Positions 53,765-63,961 of a DNA stretch of 64,000 nt are shown here, one piece after another. Within the stretch, counting starts at the first letter, position 1. Every line of letters begins with the position of its first letter. The notes under the pieces are model-generated. The model saw only the letters and a program-made list of their open reading frames with translations, was not told where the DNA came from and searched no databases. Position numbers and translations under genes: made by a program. The stretch comes from an uncultured Planctomycetaceae bacterium (lineage in GTDB: Bacteria; Planctomycetota; Planctomycetia; Planctomycetales; Planctomycetaceae). Where the stretch lies: NCBI GenBank assembly GCA_963813715.1, contig CAWFAK010000012.1, forward strand, positions 384,001-448,000. Direction: 5' to 3'.

Positions 53765-55348
53765 ATGAAATCTGTTCCCTGGGCAATTGGCTGGGAAATG
53801 CTGCGTCGCGGGCGCTGGGGACTGGTTCTGGCCTCCCTCGGCGCCAATGCCCTGCCAGCACTCCTCTTCGGATTGCTGAGGTATGAGGGGGCGCTCGATC
53901 TTCCGAACGAACCCAGCAGCATCATCATGTACCTGATGACCGTGCAGATCAATTTGTTTCTCTTTGGGACGGCGGTCATCGCCGCGCTCTCGCCGATGTC
54001 GCGGCTCTATACCTATCCGGTATCGACAGCTTCCCTCGTCGGCTGGCACATGGTGCTGGGAATGATGGCGGTCACGCTCGAGATGGCCGCCGCCATCGCG
54101 ATCTTGAACGCGAGCTTCGGCTTGGGCTGGCGGCCGTTAGGCCCTAGCCTGTTCGCGGGCGCGACGTTTGCCGCAATACTCGCCAGCTTGTGGCTGGCCG
54201 AGAAATCGGGTTGGCTTCCGGTCGCGTTCGGGGTCGCGGCGGTCCCGTTGTGCCTGTGGTTCAAATCCCGGTACGGTCCCCTGTTTGCCAACCCCAGCCA
54301 TGACTGGACCGAGGTGACCTTTGGCGATGTGGCGACGCTCGCCGTGGTCCCGATCGGTGCCTACCTGGTGGGCGTGTTCGGCGTGACCCGCAATCGTTGC
54401 GGCAGCCCGCCGTATTCGATCGGGCTGATGGCCTGGCTTCAGCGCGTGTTCGCATTCGGTCCGACGACAAAGCTCGCCTTTCGAAACCCTCTCCGCGCCC
54501 AGCTCTGGTTCGAGTGGCGGACGAAGGGAGTGGCCCTGCCGGCAATCGTCGGCATGGGCCTGTTCATGGGGTTTGGCATCTGGCTGCTCTCCAGCCGGCA
54601 TGCGGATGCCCTCTTCGAGGGCTGTATCGCGGGGGGCGCGATGTTGCTGCTAGCCGCGTTGCTAGGCGGCTTCGTGTTGGGCAACGTCGGTCGCGCCGAC
54701 AGCGACATCCAGATCGGCCAATTCCTGGCGACCCGCCCGCTCACCAACACACAACTGGCCGCCACGATCTTGAAGACGACCGCCAAGAGCGTCTTTCTCG
54801 GCTGGCTGCTTTGGGCCGTCGCCCTGTTGATCGTCTACGCGACGCTGCTGGCGCTGCGAGTCAACCTGCGTGTCACGCTTCCCGCGCCGCTCGGTTGGTG
54901 GTTCGTGCCGATCGAGCTCGTCGGTGCTTGGACCGCGGCGGGCCTGATGCTCACGCTCGTTTTGACGGGGCGACAAAACCTGGTCGCCGGCTTCATATTC
55001 GCGGCGATCACGCTGGCCATTGGCCTGATGCTCTTCCAGAAGACGGTCCTCTCACCGCAGGCTGGCGAGTATTTCAGTCGGGGCCTGGCTGCGTTCGGGG
55101 GAATGGTCTTCGTGCTGACAACAATTGTTGCCCTGGTCACCGCACACCGACGCCAGCTGATCTCGAGGCGGATGCTATCGGCCGCGGTCGGCGCCTGGAT
55201 CGCGTTGTGCTCGCTGGGCGCCCTGTTCTGGCCCCCGTTCGCGGTCGAGCGGTTCGCGCTGGACATCCTGATCGCGGGACTCCTGGCCCTGTCAGTCGCT
55301 CCGGTGGCGACTGCTCCGCTGGCCGTCGCGTGGAACCGAACGCGATGA
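53765..55348 (+). CDS. ABC-2-type permease (about 12 TM, duplicated membrane domain)
   Basis: Highly hydrophobic; two WE.RR / FEWR...(Y/T).P halves; follows the ATPase. Confidence 0.75.
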   Translation: MKSVPWAIGWEMLRRGRWGLVLASLGANALPALLFGLLRYEGALDLPNEPSSIIMYLMTVQINLFLFGTAVIAALSPMSRLYTYPVSTASLVGWHMVLGMMAVTLEMAAAIAILNASFGLGWRPLGPSLFAGATFAAILASLWLAEKSGWLPVAFGVAAVPLCLWFKSRYGPLFANPSHDWTEVTFGDVATLAVVPIGAYLVGVFGVTRNRCGSPPYSIGLMAWLQRVFAFGPTTKLAFRNPLRAQLWFEWRTKGVALPAIVGMGLFMGFGIWLLSSRHADALFEGCIAGGAMLLLAALLGGFVLGNVGRADSDIQIGQFLATRPLTNTQLAATILKTTAKSVFLGWLLWAVALLIVYATLLALRVNLRVTLPAPLGWWFVPIELVGAWTAAGLMLTLVLTGRQNLVAGFIFAAITLAIGLMLFQKTVLSPQAGEYFSRGLAAFGGMVFVLTTIVALVTAHRRQLISRRMLSAAVGAWIALCSLGALFWPPFAVERFALDILIAGLLALSVAPVATAPLAVAWNRTR

Positions 55349-55581
55349 CAGGGCGACGCTGAGTTGTGCGCAGAGCCCGCTAGGCCTTCGCGCGCTGAGC
55401 AGTCGCGGGGACTTTGTCGATTCGCGAGACTCTGCCGGTCCGGCCGCCCGACAGAGTGGCGCTTCACACGTTGCCGCCCGCCCTCCATCCACCCGGCACC
55501 CCCACCCGCCCGATACGAACGAAGGTGACATTTTCAGGCTGGTAATAATTTCAGGCGGCTTTCGTCCGGGCGGTTGTCTTG

Positions 55582-56469
55582 ATGCGTTTCCGTGTGTGCC
55601 CCGATTTTGTGCGTCGCACGCTGGCCCTGCTGCTGCTGGCCGTCGGCAGTCTGCTGACGGGCTGCGGGGAGCAAGCGCCGAAGTTCGGCGAGCCGCGCGA
55701 TATCGGCGACAAGGTGACCGACGCCGACCTGGAGACGTTCTTCCAGGTGATCGACGAGTTGCCCGAGAAAAAGTTGCCCGAGATGCCGCTACTCTTCAAG
55801 CGGCCCCCGTCGTGGGACGAACAGCGAACGCTCCCCGTGAACGAGCTGGTGCGGGAAGAGTCGGACGAGCTGGAAAAATTGTGGAACGACGAGCACCTGA
55901 TCCGCCACCTCGCCAAGGATCGGCCGCTGCAGAAGGCGCTGCGACAGCGGATGTCGCCGGCGCAGTTCGTCGGCCTGGTGAAAACGCTCGGTGCGGCGCT
56001 CGCGCGTAATGCCGTCCGGCCCGACCAGGATCTGAAACTGATCGTCGAGCAGGGCAAACGGCGAGTCAGCAAGCTGCGATCCCAAACGCAGCGGTTCAAC
56101 CAGCTCGCACCCGACCAGCAGCACGACGTGCTCACCACGGCCGTTTGGATCACGCGTATCGACCGGGCCCGTCGGCTGTCGCAAGTGCCGCCCGAGAACC
56201 TGGCCCTCGTCAAAGCTCACTACGACCGGCTGAAGGCCATTTTTCCCCAGGAGTTCTGGGGCAATCCCTTCGACTCGATTGCCGACCAGATCGAAGAGCT
56301 GGGAATGTCGTTCGAGGAGCTGAAGCAAACGGGTCTCGACGCGGAGATCGACTGGAAGGAAAGCGACGCACTCCGCGGCCTGGATCCGCCCGATCCGGAT
56401 CCGCGGGAAATTCCCGTCGCCGCCTCCACCAGACCCGCGAGCCCCGTGCCCGAGCCGCCCCAGAAGTGA
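55582..56469 (+). CDS. Hypothetical lipoprotein
   Basis: RRTLALLLLAVGSLLTGC lipobox; strong coding bias. Confidence 0.8.
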   Translation: MRFRVCPDFVRRTLALLLLAVGSLLTGCGEQAPKFGEPRDIGDKVTDADLETFFQVIDELPEKKLPEMPLLFKRPPSWDEQRTLPVNELVREESDELEKLWNDEHLIRHLAKDRPLQKALRQRMSPAQFVGLVKTLGAALARNAVRPDQDLKLIVEQGKRRVSKLRSQTQRFNQLAPDQQHDVLTTAVWITRIDRARRLSQVPPENLALVKAHYDRLKAIFPQEFWGNPFDSIADQIEELGMSFEELKQTGLDAEIDWKESDALRGLDPPDPDPREIPVAASTRPASPVPEPPQK

Positions 56470-56490
56470 CGATCCTGTTCGACCGCTCGA

Positions 56491-56775
56491 CTACGGCTTG
56501 GTGGCGAGGCGGGCAAAGTACCCGTCGTAGGCTGCCCAGACGCGGACGACCGGTTGCGGTGCGTGGTCCAACAGCCGATAGATGGGCCACCACGGCAGGA
56601 CGAGAATCCGGAGCGGCGCGCGCAGCGTTCGCTCTCCACCATTGAGCTTGAGCACAGCGTACGTCATCGGGCCCGTGCTGAGCGCGTAAACCGCAAGCGC
56701 CAAAATGCCGGCAACCACTCGTGTCGCCCAGCCGACTCGCCGGCGCTCCGGTGCGTCGCTCACGGCGGTCTCCAC
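56491..56775 (-). CDS. Small hypothetical membrane protein
   Basis: TM segment followed by YALSTGP. Confidence 0.6.
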   Translation of the reverse strand: METAVSDAPERRRVGWATRVVAGILALAVYALSTGPMTYAVLKLNGGERTLRAPLRILVLPWWPIYRLLDHAPQPVVRVWAAYDGYFARLATKP

Positions 56776-56777
56776 CG

Positions 56778-57857
56778 TCAGTGGTTCGGAACGAGATAGA
56801 AGCGAATGCTCTCTCGATGCTCCGCATCTACTATTGCCAGCAGTTTCCCGTCGGGCGATAAGGCGACGGGACCGGCATCCTGGGCGATTGTCAGGACGGT
56901 TCGGCAGTCCGGGATTCGCATGACATCGACATGTCCCTTTGAAGTGTAGGCTACCAAGCGTCCATCGCGGGAAACGTCCATTCGGTACTTAGGGCGGACA
57001 GGCCGCCAGTAAATCAGCTCCGCGCGATCATCAAACAGCCGGTAAAGCTGAAACTCTCGACCCAGCATTGCCAGATACTGCCCGTCCGGCGTGAGACAGA
57101 TCTCTCCGCCTCCAGCCAGATGGTACTTGAGTTGCATGGTCGGTGTGCCGCCCGTGCCGGGCCGAACCCCGAGGATCTGTATCCCACCTCCATAATTCAC
57201 CGCCAGCCGCGTTTCGCCTCCGTTCGAAGCCGCCGACGCATCGTCGGTTCCCTTCGAGGTAGTCGTGCCAAACGAGCCGCCGTCAACCAGACGTCCGTCG
57301 ATGTTCCACCACACATGCGGGCGCGGGACCTCATGGGCAGCATCGATTTCCCCGCCAACGTTCTGTTCGACGACACACAAATCCCCGCGCTCGTCGAACC
57401 AAAGCCGTTGAATCCAGAGCATGTTCTGGTCATCTCGCGTGATCACGCCGGACCGGATCAGGTTGTCCAAGATCGAGAGATGCAGCTGCTGTTTTCTGTC
57501 CCAAGTCCGCGTGTCCCAGATATCAAAATCGATGCCATTGCCGTGGAGCACCGCAAGCAAGGATCCGTCGGGACTCCAGGCACATTGGAAATAGGCGTTG
57601 CCAATATCTCTAACCACGGTTCCGTCGGGGATTTCATAGATTCGAGTCACTTGCTTCCCGCGATCGCCGATATCAAAAACCACGGCAAGCCTCTTACCGT
57701 CCGGCGCGAAGTGCAGGTCGTACGCACCCCATCCATCATGGGTCAGCTCGAGACACGGTTGCAGACCCGGCAAGCATCCAATCAAAAGCAGCACCAACGC
57801 CGCGATGACCGAGGCGCCGATCGCGAGAACCTGAGTGTGCGTACGTGCCGTGTGCAC
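56778..57857 (-). CDS. WD40-like beta-propeller protein with an N-terminal anchor
   Basis: Repeated FAPDGKRL, WSPDGSLL, LTPDGQYL, VSRDGRLV, LSPDGKLL; visibly lower GC. Confidence 0.8.
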   Translation of the reverse strand: MHTARTHTQVLAIGASVIAALVLLLIGCLPGLQPCLELTHDGWGAYDLHFAPDGKRLAVVFDIGDRGKQVTRIYEIPDGTVVRDIGNAYFQCAWSPDGSLLAVLHGNGIDFDIWDTRTWDRKQQLHLSILDNLIRSGVITRDDQNMLWIQRLWFDERGDLCVVEQNVGGEIDAAHEVPRPHVWWNIDGRLVDGGSFGTTTSKGTDDASAASNGGETRLAVNYGGGIQILGVRPGTGGTPTMQLKYHLAGGGEICLTPDGQYLAMLGREFQLYRLFDDRAELIYWRPVRPKYRMDVSRDGRLVAYTSKGHVDVMRIPDCRTVLTIAQDAGPVALSPDGKLLAIVDAEHRESIRFYLVPNH

Positions 57858-57910
57858 GGCTGAATTTTACCAGCACGACTTTGTCACGCGCGGACATATC
57901 GACAGGGAAA

Positions 57911-57937
57911 GCGGCTCAGCAGGAGCTTCGCCCTCCC
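57911..57937. repeat. REP-like short hairpin element
   Basis: gcggctcagcaggagcttcgccctccc just downstream of aroH; single copy in the window. Confidence 0.45.
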
Positions 57938-57954
57938 AGAATTGTCGCCACGGC

Positions 57955-58326
57955 TTACTGTGCGCTCGACATATCCGGCCGCAGCCGCTTGGCGTCTCGC
58001 AGGTAGACGTGCACCACTTCGCTTTGCGGCTTGTCGGTGTTGAGGTGGAGCAGAATGCGGATGCAGCGGCCCATGCTGCCCGGCACTGGAATTTCGCAGG
58101 TGCACAACAGTGGAACCTGCTTCATCCCCAGGGTCCGCGCGGCCTCCGCCGGGAAGGCCGACGTCAGGTCGCTCGTGGTGGTGAAGATGGCCGAGGCGAT
58201 GTCGTCGAACGTCCGAATGTCGTTGGCCCGCAGGATTTCGTTCAATAGCTCGGTCGTGGCCGACAGGACCTCAGCCGGCGTGTCGGCCGGCACATTCGTC
58301 GCGCCTCGAATTCCCCTCACGGGCAT
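57955..58326 (-). CDS. aroH: Chorismate mutase, AroH (Bacillus-type)
   Basis: [33 protein letters not shown]...CIRILLH, HVYL..A..LRPD. Confidence 0.95.
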   Translation of the reverse strand: MPVRGIRGATNVPADTPAEVLSATTELLNEILRANDIRTFDDIASAIFTTTSDLTSAFPAEAARTLGMKQVPLLCTCEIPVPGSMGRCIRILLHLNTDKPQSEVVHVYLRDAKRLRPDMSSAQ

Positions 58327-58619
58327 GTCTCGTTCCGCAGCTCGCGTAAATCCGATTCGGACCGGTCGGACCGCCCAATGTACCAAGAGCGCAAGGTCTT
58401 CGCGAAGGCCGCCCTACGACCTATCCGCGAACAGCTCCAAGCTTTATCCATGCAAGTCGCGAGCCGTCAATTCTGACATCGGAATGACGACAGCAGTCGC
58501 AAATGCGCGACAACGGGCCCGGCCGTCCAATATCGGCCGGTTGGAGAAAACCCACAATTTCCTGGGGATTTCAATACTTCACCCGCGATGCTTCGCGCGG
58601 CATCGACCTTGCGTAAGTA

Positions 58620-58734
58620 ACAGCTCACCACGGTGGGGCAGGCACCTGTGAACCGGTGGTTTCTGCCGGCGGAAACGCCGGGGCCTTTCGTCCATGCGGA
58701 GGGGCAGGCGAGAGGTTCCCGGCGCTTTCTTTTC
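58620..58734 (+). promoter_or_regulatory. Structured 5' leader ending in a terminator-like hairpin (candidate riboswitch or attenuator)
   Basis: Stem cgccggggcctttcg/cgagaggttcccggcg followed by ctttcttttc, overlapped by a ggcg-gaaa-cgcc hairpin; 65 bp before the ATG at 58800. Confidence 0.4.
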
Positions 58735-58799
58735 ACTTCACTTCAAGGACTCCTGCAAAGTCGCTTCCCACGACGGGCTCATCCTTCACCGGAGGAGTC

Positions 58800-59677
58800 A
58801 TGATCCCAGCCATCGGCTACTCGATGTGCGCGGCCGGCCGACGCCCGCTCAATTCGACCGCCAACCGAACCCCACTCGTCACCGCCTGGTCCCCCGAAGC
58901 CCAACCGACCGCCGTTGAAATCGACCTGGATTGCTCGAGCCGCAGCCTGGAAACGCTGTGCGACCTCGAGGGCGAAAGCGTCACGCTGCACGCCGTCTCC
59001 TTGTCGGACGACGCCCATAATCCGACCGACGCTGCCCTCTGCCGCCTGACCGACCTCGCGCGTTGCAGCGGCGCTCAGGCCGTCATCGCCCGCCTCGATT
59101 CCGCGCCGACTGCTTCAACGAGTACGACGGAAACGGTTGCCGCAGGGACCCGCGCCTCAGTTCCCGCGCCCGCGCCTGGAAGACCGAGACGGCCAACCTC
59201 TCCCAGCAAGTCGAATCGGTTCAGACGCGGCTGGGCGAAATTCCCTTCTACCTCGAGTCGACCGTCGAAGCCGAGTGGTTCAAACGCAACAGCCACGGCA
59301 AGCGCGTGCTGCGAAAAGTTCTGGCCGGCACCGGCTGCGGCTGGTTCGTGGATGTGACGGCCATCTACGTCGCCGCGATGAACTCGGCCCAGGACGCGGC
59401 CGACTTGATCGAAGAAGTGCTCCCCTCCGCCGACCGCGTGCAACTGCGGCTCACAGGCGTCTACTTCGACGAGCAAGCCGAACGCTGGATCGCCAGCGAC
59501 GCGCATCCGATTCCCGAAGCGGTCTTCGAGCTCTACGCCTTCGTGCTGGAAGTCGCGCTCGAAAAGGTGGACGCCGTCTTCGTGCGGCAAGAACCGGCCG
59601 ACGCCATCCAGCTCAACTCCGAAGCCGAGATCCAGACCGTCCGCGAAATCGCCGAAGGCGTGAGCGCGATCGTGTGA
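58800..59677 (+). CDS. Degenerate DUF692 (MNIO) family TIM-barrel protein (frameshift near 59098)
   Basis: RBS GGAGGAG; IGYS, TLHAVSLS, V..VQ..L...FYLES, TGCGWFVDV..IY...N, Q.L.G, HPIPEAVFELY, AVFV. Confidence 0.7.
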
Positions 59678-59697
59678 CCCGCGCCGCGGCTCGCCTC

Positions 59698-62600
59698 TTA
59701 ACGTTCGAATCGATCGGACGTGTAGGACAATGTCGTTTTCGTGGTCTCACCTTGTTTGATGTCGACGGTCAACTGCTTGTCCAAGAAGCCGGCCCGTTCG
59801 TGCCAGACCCGGAGGGAATATTTGCCCGCCGGAAGGTCCGCAATCTCGAAGGCGCCCGAGTCGTCCGTCACCGCCGCAAAGGGATGGTCGACCACAAGCA
59901 GCACCGCCCGCATCCGCGGATGCAAGTCGTCCCTGATTTCGAATGGTATTCGTTCCGGCACGAAGTAGGCATCGAACTTTGCCTCCTGTCCGGGTGCCAC
60001 CGCCTGATTGATCGTCGGGTTGCGTGACGGAAACAGATGGAAGTTTCCCGGCATCCGGCCGTCATTCCGCAGTGTCAGCGTTTGCCCCACGCGAGCGATG
60101 CCCGCACGCGGAGAAAAGGCCGCGCCATCGGTCCTGAGCAGGAAGGGCTGCTGCGGGACTGCCGCGGCTGTTCCGCTGGGAGCTTGAGGCAAGTACACAA
60201 AGACATCGGCAATTCTCGTCCCGGGAGTTTTTCCCGCCAGCCGCACGAGTCCAATGAAACGACCGACATCGGTTCGAGCCTTCTGCTCAGCGGTCGCTCC
60301 GGCAGTCCGAGTTTCGAGATGCCTGGCGACGGCGCGTGATTCGGTCTGCGTCCGTTTGTCGTTACTGCTCTTCGGCGGCAAACCTTTCGTGACACGGAAC
60401 TCGAGGTCGTATTCCGCCCCTTCGACGACCTTGATCTCGCGCACGACATGGCCAAAACCAGGTCGCACGTCGCCCACGACCCCGAACGGTCCAGTGCCAG
60501 AAACGTAGATCCAATTTGTCCCCGGAGGCAGACGCATCTCGAAGGTCCCGTCCTTCTTGACGTCCGTGCCCTGAATCGAGGCGCCGCTGCGGGGGCGCGA
60601 CGGACCGTGCGCGCCGATTGACGCCGTCTCGTCGCCGGTCAGCATTGCGGGCTGGCCGGTGGCGTCATCGATGAGACGACCTTTGATCAGGCCGCCTTTA
60701 ATCAGGCGAATCGGTGGTGCCTCGACTGTTTGACTTTGCCGGACCTCGAACGAATCGAGTGCCGCGAACGTCAAACCGGGCGGATTTTTCCGCAGATAGA
60801 CGTTGAATTTCCCCGCGGGGAGCGACGTGAGGCGATAGCGTCCGCCCTGGTCAGTCTGGGCCGTCGTCCAGTAGCTATTCGCTTTCCGACTCTGCTTGTC
60901 GATCCCCTGCAACGCCAACGTGAGTCCCGGGGCCGGCCGGCCTGATTCCCCGTCGACGACCAGGCCGGTGATGACCGCGCCCTTTGCCAACTCAATGTCC
61001 ATCCGGTCCGGAACCTGTGTGTACGGAATCGGCGTGCCTTCGTAGTCGGGATGCTGAATGACGAGGCCCGGTGGGTTGAGATGCGTGGCAATCCGCATTT
61101 CGACGGGAACATTCGGCTCGACGAATTTGAACTCCGCCAGGTCATCGATCACGAAGACGCCCCGGGCGTCGGTCATCGAGCAGCGAATTCCCGGAATCGG
61201 CTTCTGCAAACAAAACTGATCGAACCACGGAAAGACGAGCGCTCCGGTGACGGGTTGGCCTTGCTGGTTCTTGACGACCCCTTTGAGGGTTGCCGCCTTC
61301 CCCAGCTTGATTTCGTCACAGTCGCGTCGCCGCCATACAGCCCGCAACTCTGTCGCGAGTCCCTTGGAGCGGAAGACGAGGGTGTAATATCCTTCCCCTG
61401 GTTTCCTCGGGAGCGAAACGTGACGAAAGACGAATTGCCCAGCATCGTTCGTCGTCATCCGCTCCATGAACCGCTGGCCGTCGCCAACGCCGACTTGATA
61501 CAAGTCGACTTGAACGCCTGAAATCGGCTTTTCTTCTCTGTCGAGGCACGTTCCGCCGAGGTCGTCCGGCCCGGGTCGGAGTTCCGCCGTCTTTGGCGGC
61601 TCGGTTGCGGCCGGTCGTGCATCGGTCCGCGTCGGCGCCGACTCGACGTTCGGCGGCCTCACGGAGACGCTTGCCGCGATCAGGCTGAGAACGGCGAGGA
61701 CCGCAACTACGGCGGCTCGAACGCGGCCGGAGCAGTGGAGAGTGATGGCATCGGCTTGATTGAGAATCGTCGAGATTCGCAGCGCGAAGCCTGACGGGCG
61801 CTCCCAGATTCCGACGGCGTTCGACACGACGATTCGCCGCACGCCGGCCAGGTCCCGCGCCCAGGCGACAAGTTGCGCGGCATAGTCGGCGGGTCCAATC
61901 AGCGAGGCCGCGGCCGCGTCGGCCAGGAATTCTTGATCCTGCCGGATGCGTCGGCGCAGCCACCAGTAAACCGGATGCGCCGAAAGGAGCGGGAACAGGC
62001 AGCGATCGAGAGCCAACAGCCACAAGTCGCCGTTGCAAATGTGGGCCCACTCGTGACCCAGCACGGCGCGCAACTCACCGCACGGCGAATTTTCGGCAAA
62101 GTGCGCCGGCAGCACGATCGTCGGCCGGAGCGCGCCTGTCGCCACCGGCGTCACGAGCCGGGCATTGAGCCGCAATCGAGGCAAGCGGGCTCCCTCGCCG
62201 ACAATCGCCCGCAATTCGTCGACCAGTGTGGGAGGAGCCGTGAGACTTTTCCGGATCAATCGCGACGCCTGCCAGGCTCCAACCGCCAGGCGAGCCGCCA
62301 TCAAGACGGCACCGGTGAGAAATAGAAGGACGGCGTCACCAACAATCGTTCCTGTATCAATTCCGGCACCGGGCGGATTCTCGACGGCGATTGCAGGCTG
62401 GGAAACAACGTCGGTCGGCGGCTCTGGATCCGCCTGGTGCGGCGGATCGATTTGCTGTTCGGGAGCGGGCTGCTCGGACGCGAACGGAATCGCGGAAACC
62501 GGCGGCTCAGGGGCTTGTCGTTCTGCTGCCTCGACTGGGACAGCCGGCCGTTCCTCGCGAGCGAAGAGTTGCGCGGATCGATGCGCGGACGCGACGCCAA

Positions 62601-62774
62601 GAGACAGAAGACGGCTGCCACCAGCAAGCTGACAAGCGTGCCCCAAGCGAGGGCCATCCGCCGCGCCGGCTGTTTGATCAAGCACAGGGCAGCGCCCGCC
62701 AGCACGAGGAGGATCGTCGCCGCCAGGTAAAAGTCGGCCAGCCACAGGGCGATTGCATCGAGCCAGGGCGTCAT
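59698..62774 (-). CDS. BlaR1/MecR1-type M56 peptidase sensor with carboxypeptidase-regulatory-like repeats and a C-terminal cupredoxin-like domain (frameshift near 62565)
   Basis: P.ATG..RP.IVLP, HEWAH, HP.YWW, QEFLAD, RI..IL, TM; repeated (M/A)TD..G.F motifs. Confidence 0.88.
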
Positions 62775-63181
62775 GTTTCGGGCCCTTTCTTGCGCGACGG
62801 TCGGGTTCGCTTGCGGGCCTCGGCGATCATCGCGTCGAGGCGGGCAAGCTCCGCTTCTTTGAGTCTGCGCGAACCGAGCACGTGGACCAGGTATTCGTCG
62901 ACGGCCCCGTCGAAGACTTTGTCGAGGAAGCCCCCCGCCAGTTTACGGACCGTCGGCTCGCGGCCGACCTTCGCGAAATAGGCGTAGGCCTTGCCGACGC
63001 GCTTGTGGCCCACCAGCCCCTTCTGCTCCATCACCTGCAACAGGCTCAAGACGGTCGTGTAGGCCAGGTCGTTCTCGGCCGCCGTCATCTCGCGCCACAC
63101 ATCGCGGACGGTCGCCTCGCGGCGCTGCCAGAGCACTTTGAGGGCCTCGAGCTCACGATCGGTGGGGACAAGATCGGCCAT
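62771..63181 (-). CDS. BlaI/MecI/CopY family repressor
   Basis: TDRELEALKVLW...ATVRDV...AYTTVLSLL..ME.KGLV...GKAYAY. Confidence 0.95.
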   Translation of the reverse strand: MADLVPTDRELEALKVLWQRREATVRDVWREMTAAENDLAYTTVLSLLQVMEQKGLVGHKRVGKAYAYFAKVGREPTVRKLAGGFLDKVFDGAVDEYLVHVLGSRRLKEAELARLDAMIAEARKRTRPSRKKGPET

Positions 63182-63207
63182 CTGAGGTCCTATTGCTTCG
63201 GGGCGTC

Positions 63208-63264
63208 CTACTGGTTGAACAGTAGATCAAGCGACAATGATACTGGTCGACCAGTAGATTGCAA
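63208..63264 (-). promoter_or_regulatory. blaI promoter with two operator palindromes
   Basis: TACTGGTCGACCAGTA (63241-63256, perfect) and TACTGGTTGAACAGTA (63209-63224); minus-strand TTGCAA-N16-TATCAT flanks the first. Confidence 0.8.
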
Positions 63265-63310
63265 GAGCGCGCGTAAAAGAAACACATTCGAAAGAAATGA
63301 AGAGAAGAAC

Positions 63311-63330
63311 CGGCGGGCTGACACCCGCCG
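63311..63330. repeat. REP-like or terminator hairpin
   Basis: cggcggg-ctgaca-cccgccg, followed on the minus strand by a pyrimidine/T-rich tract. Confidence 0.5.
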
Positions 63331-63364
63331 CTCGCCCGCGGGTGCGTCAGTTCTTGCACGCGTC

Positions 63365-63961
63365 TCAGTTCTTCTCGTCAGCGGCGAGCTTGATCACTTT
63401 CACGGCGCCGTTGCTCTCGAGCTTCTTGCCGAATGAGAGTTCGACCTTGGTGGACACGTCGAAGCCGGGAACGCCGACCATGGGGGGCGAGCTATAGCCC
63501 GCGCCTCCCTTCGTGACCACGAACCGCACAATCTTGCCGTCCTTCACCTCGGCGTAGGCTTGGGCCGGCTTCGTGGGCCACATCTCGCCGCGGCTCCGCA
63601 CGTAGCGGTAGTAGTTGGAAACTTCGTCGAGCCGATCGTTGGTGACGCCGTGCGGGCCGAGCGCGTCCATCAGTGCTTCTTTGTTTTGACGCACTTGCTC
63701 GGGCGCAGGCCGCGAGCCGGCCGGTGCGGGCCGGACGTGGCTGAACGCCTCGCGAAAAACGTCGGACGACACACCCAGGGCGGCCGCGATCAGCACGACG
63801 GGCCGGCCCCGATCGCGTCGATCGGTGTCGTGGCCGCCCGAAAATTTTGCAGGCACGCGGGTCATCGAAGGATCTTGATCCGAGTGGGCGAGCGAGCAGG
63901 AACTCGCGAAGAAGAGACAAATGAACGCAGCCATTGGCAAACGTCGCACGGGAGCACGCAT
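63365..63961 (-). CDS. Hypothetical secreted protein
   Basis: Signal-like N-terminus; GGHDTD..D.GRPVVLIAAALGV...RLDEVSNYYRY...G.GYSSPP. Confidence 0.75.
   Translation of the reverse strand: MRAPVRRLPMAAFICLFFASSCSLAHSDQDPSMTRVPAKFSGGHDTDRRDRGRPVVLIAAALGVSSDVFREAFSHVRPAPAGSRPAPEQVRQNKEALMDALGPHGVTNDRLDEVSNYYRYVRSRGEMWPTKPAQAYAEVKDGKIVRFVVTKGGAGYSSPPMVGVPGFDVSTKVELSFGKKLESNGAVKVIKLAADEKN

Noticed and set aside
58484..58651. 55 aa ORF upstream of the DUF692-like gene as a RiPP precursor
   Set aside because: No RBS, signal peptide or Cys/Gly repeat core; it overlaps promoter-like and structured DNA.
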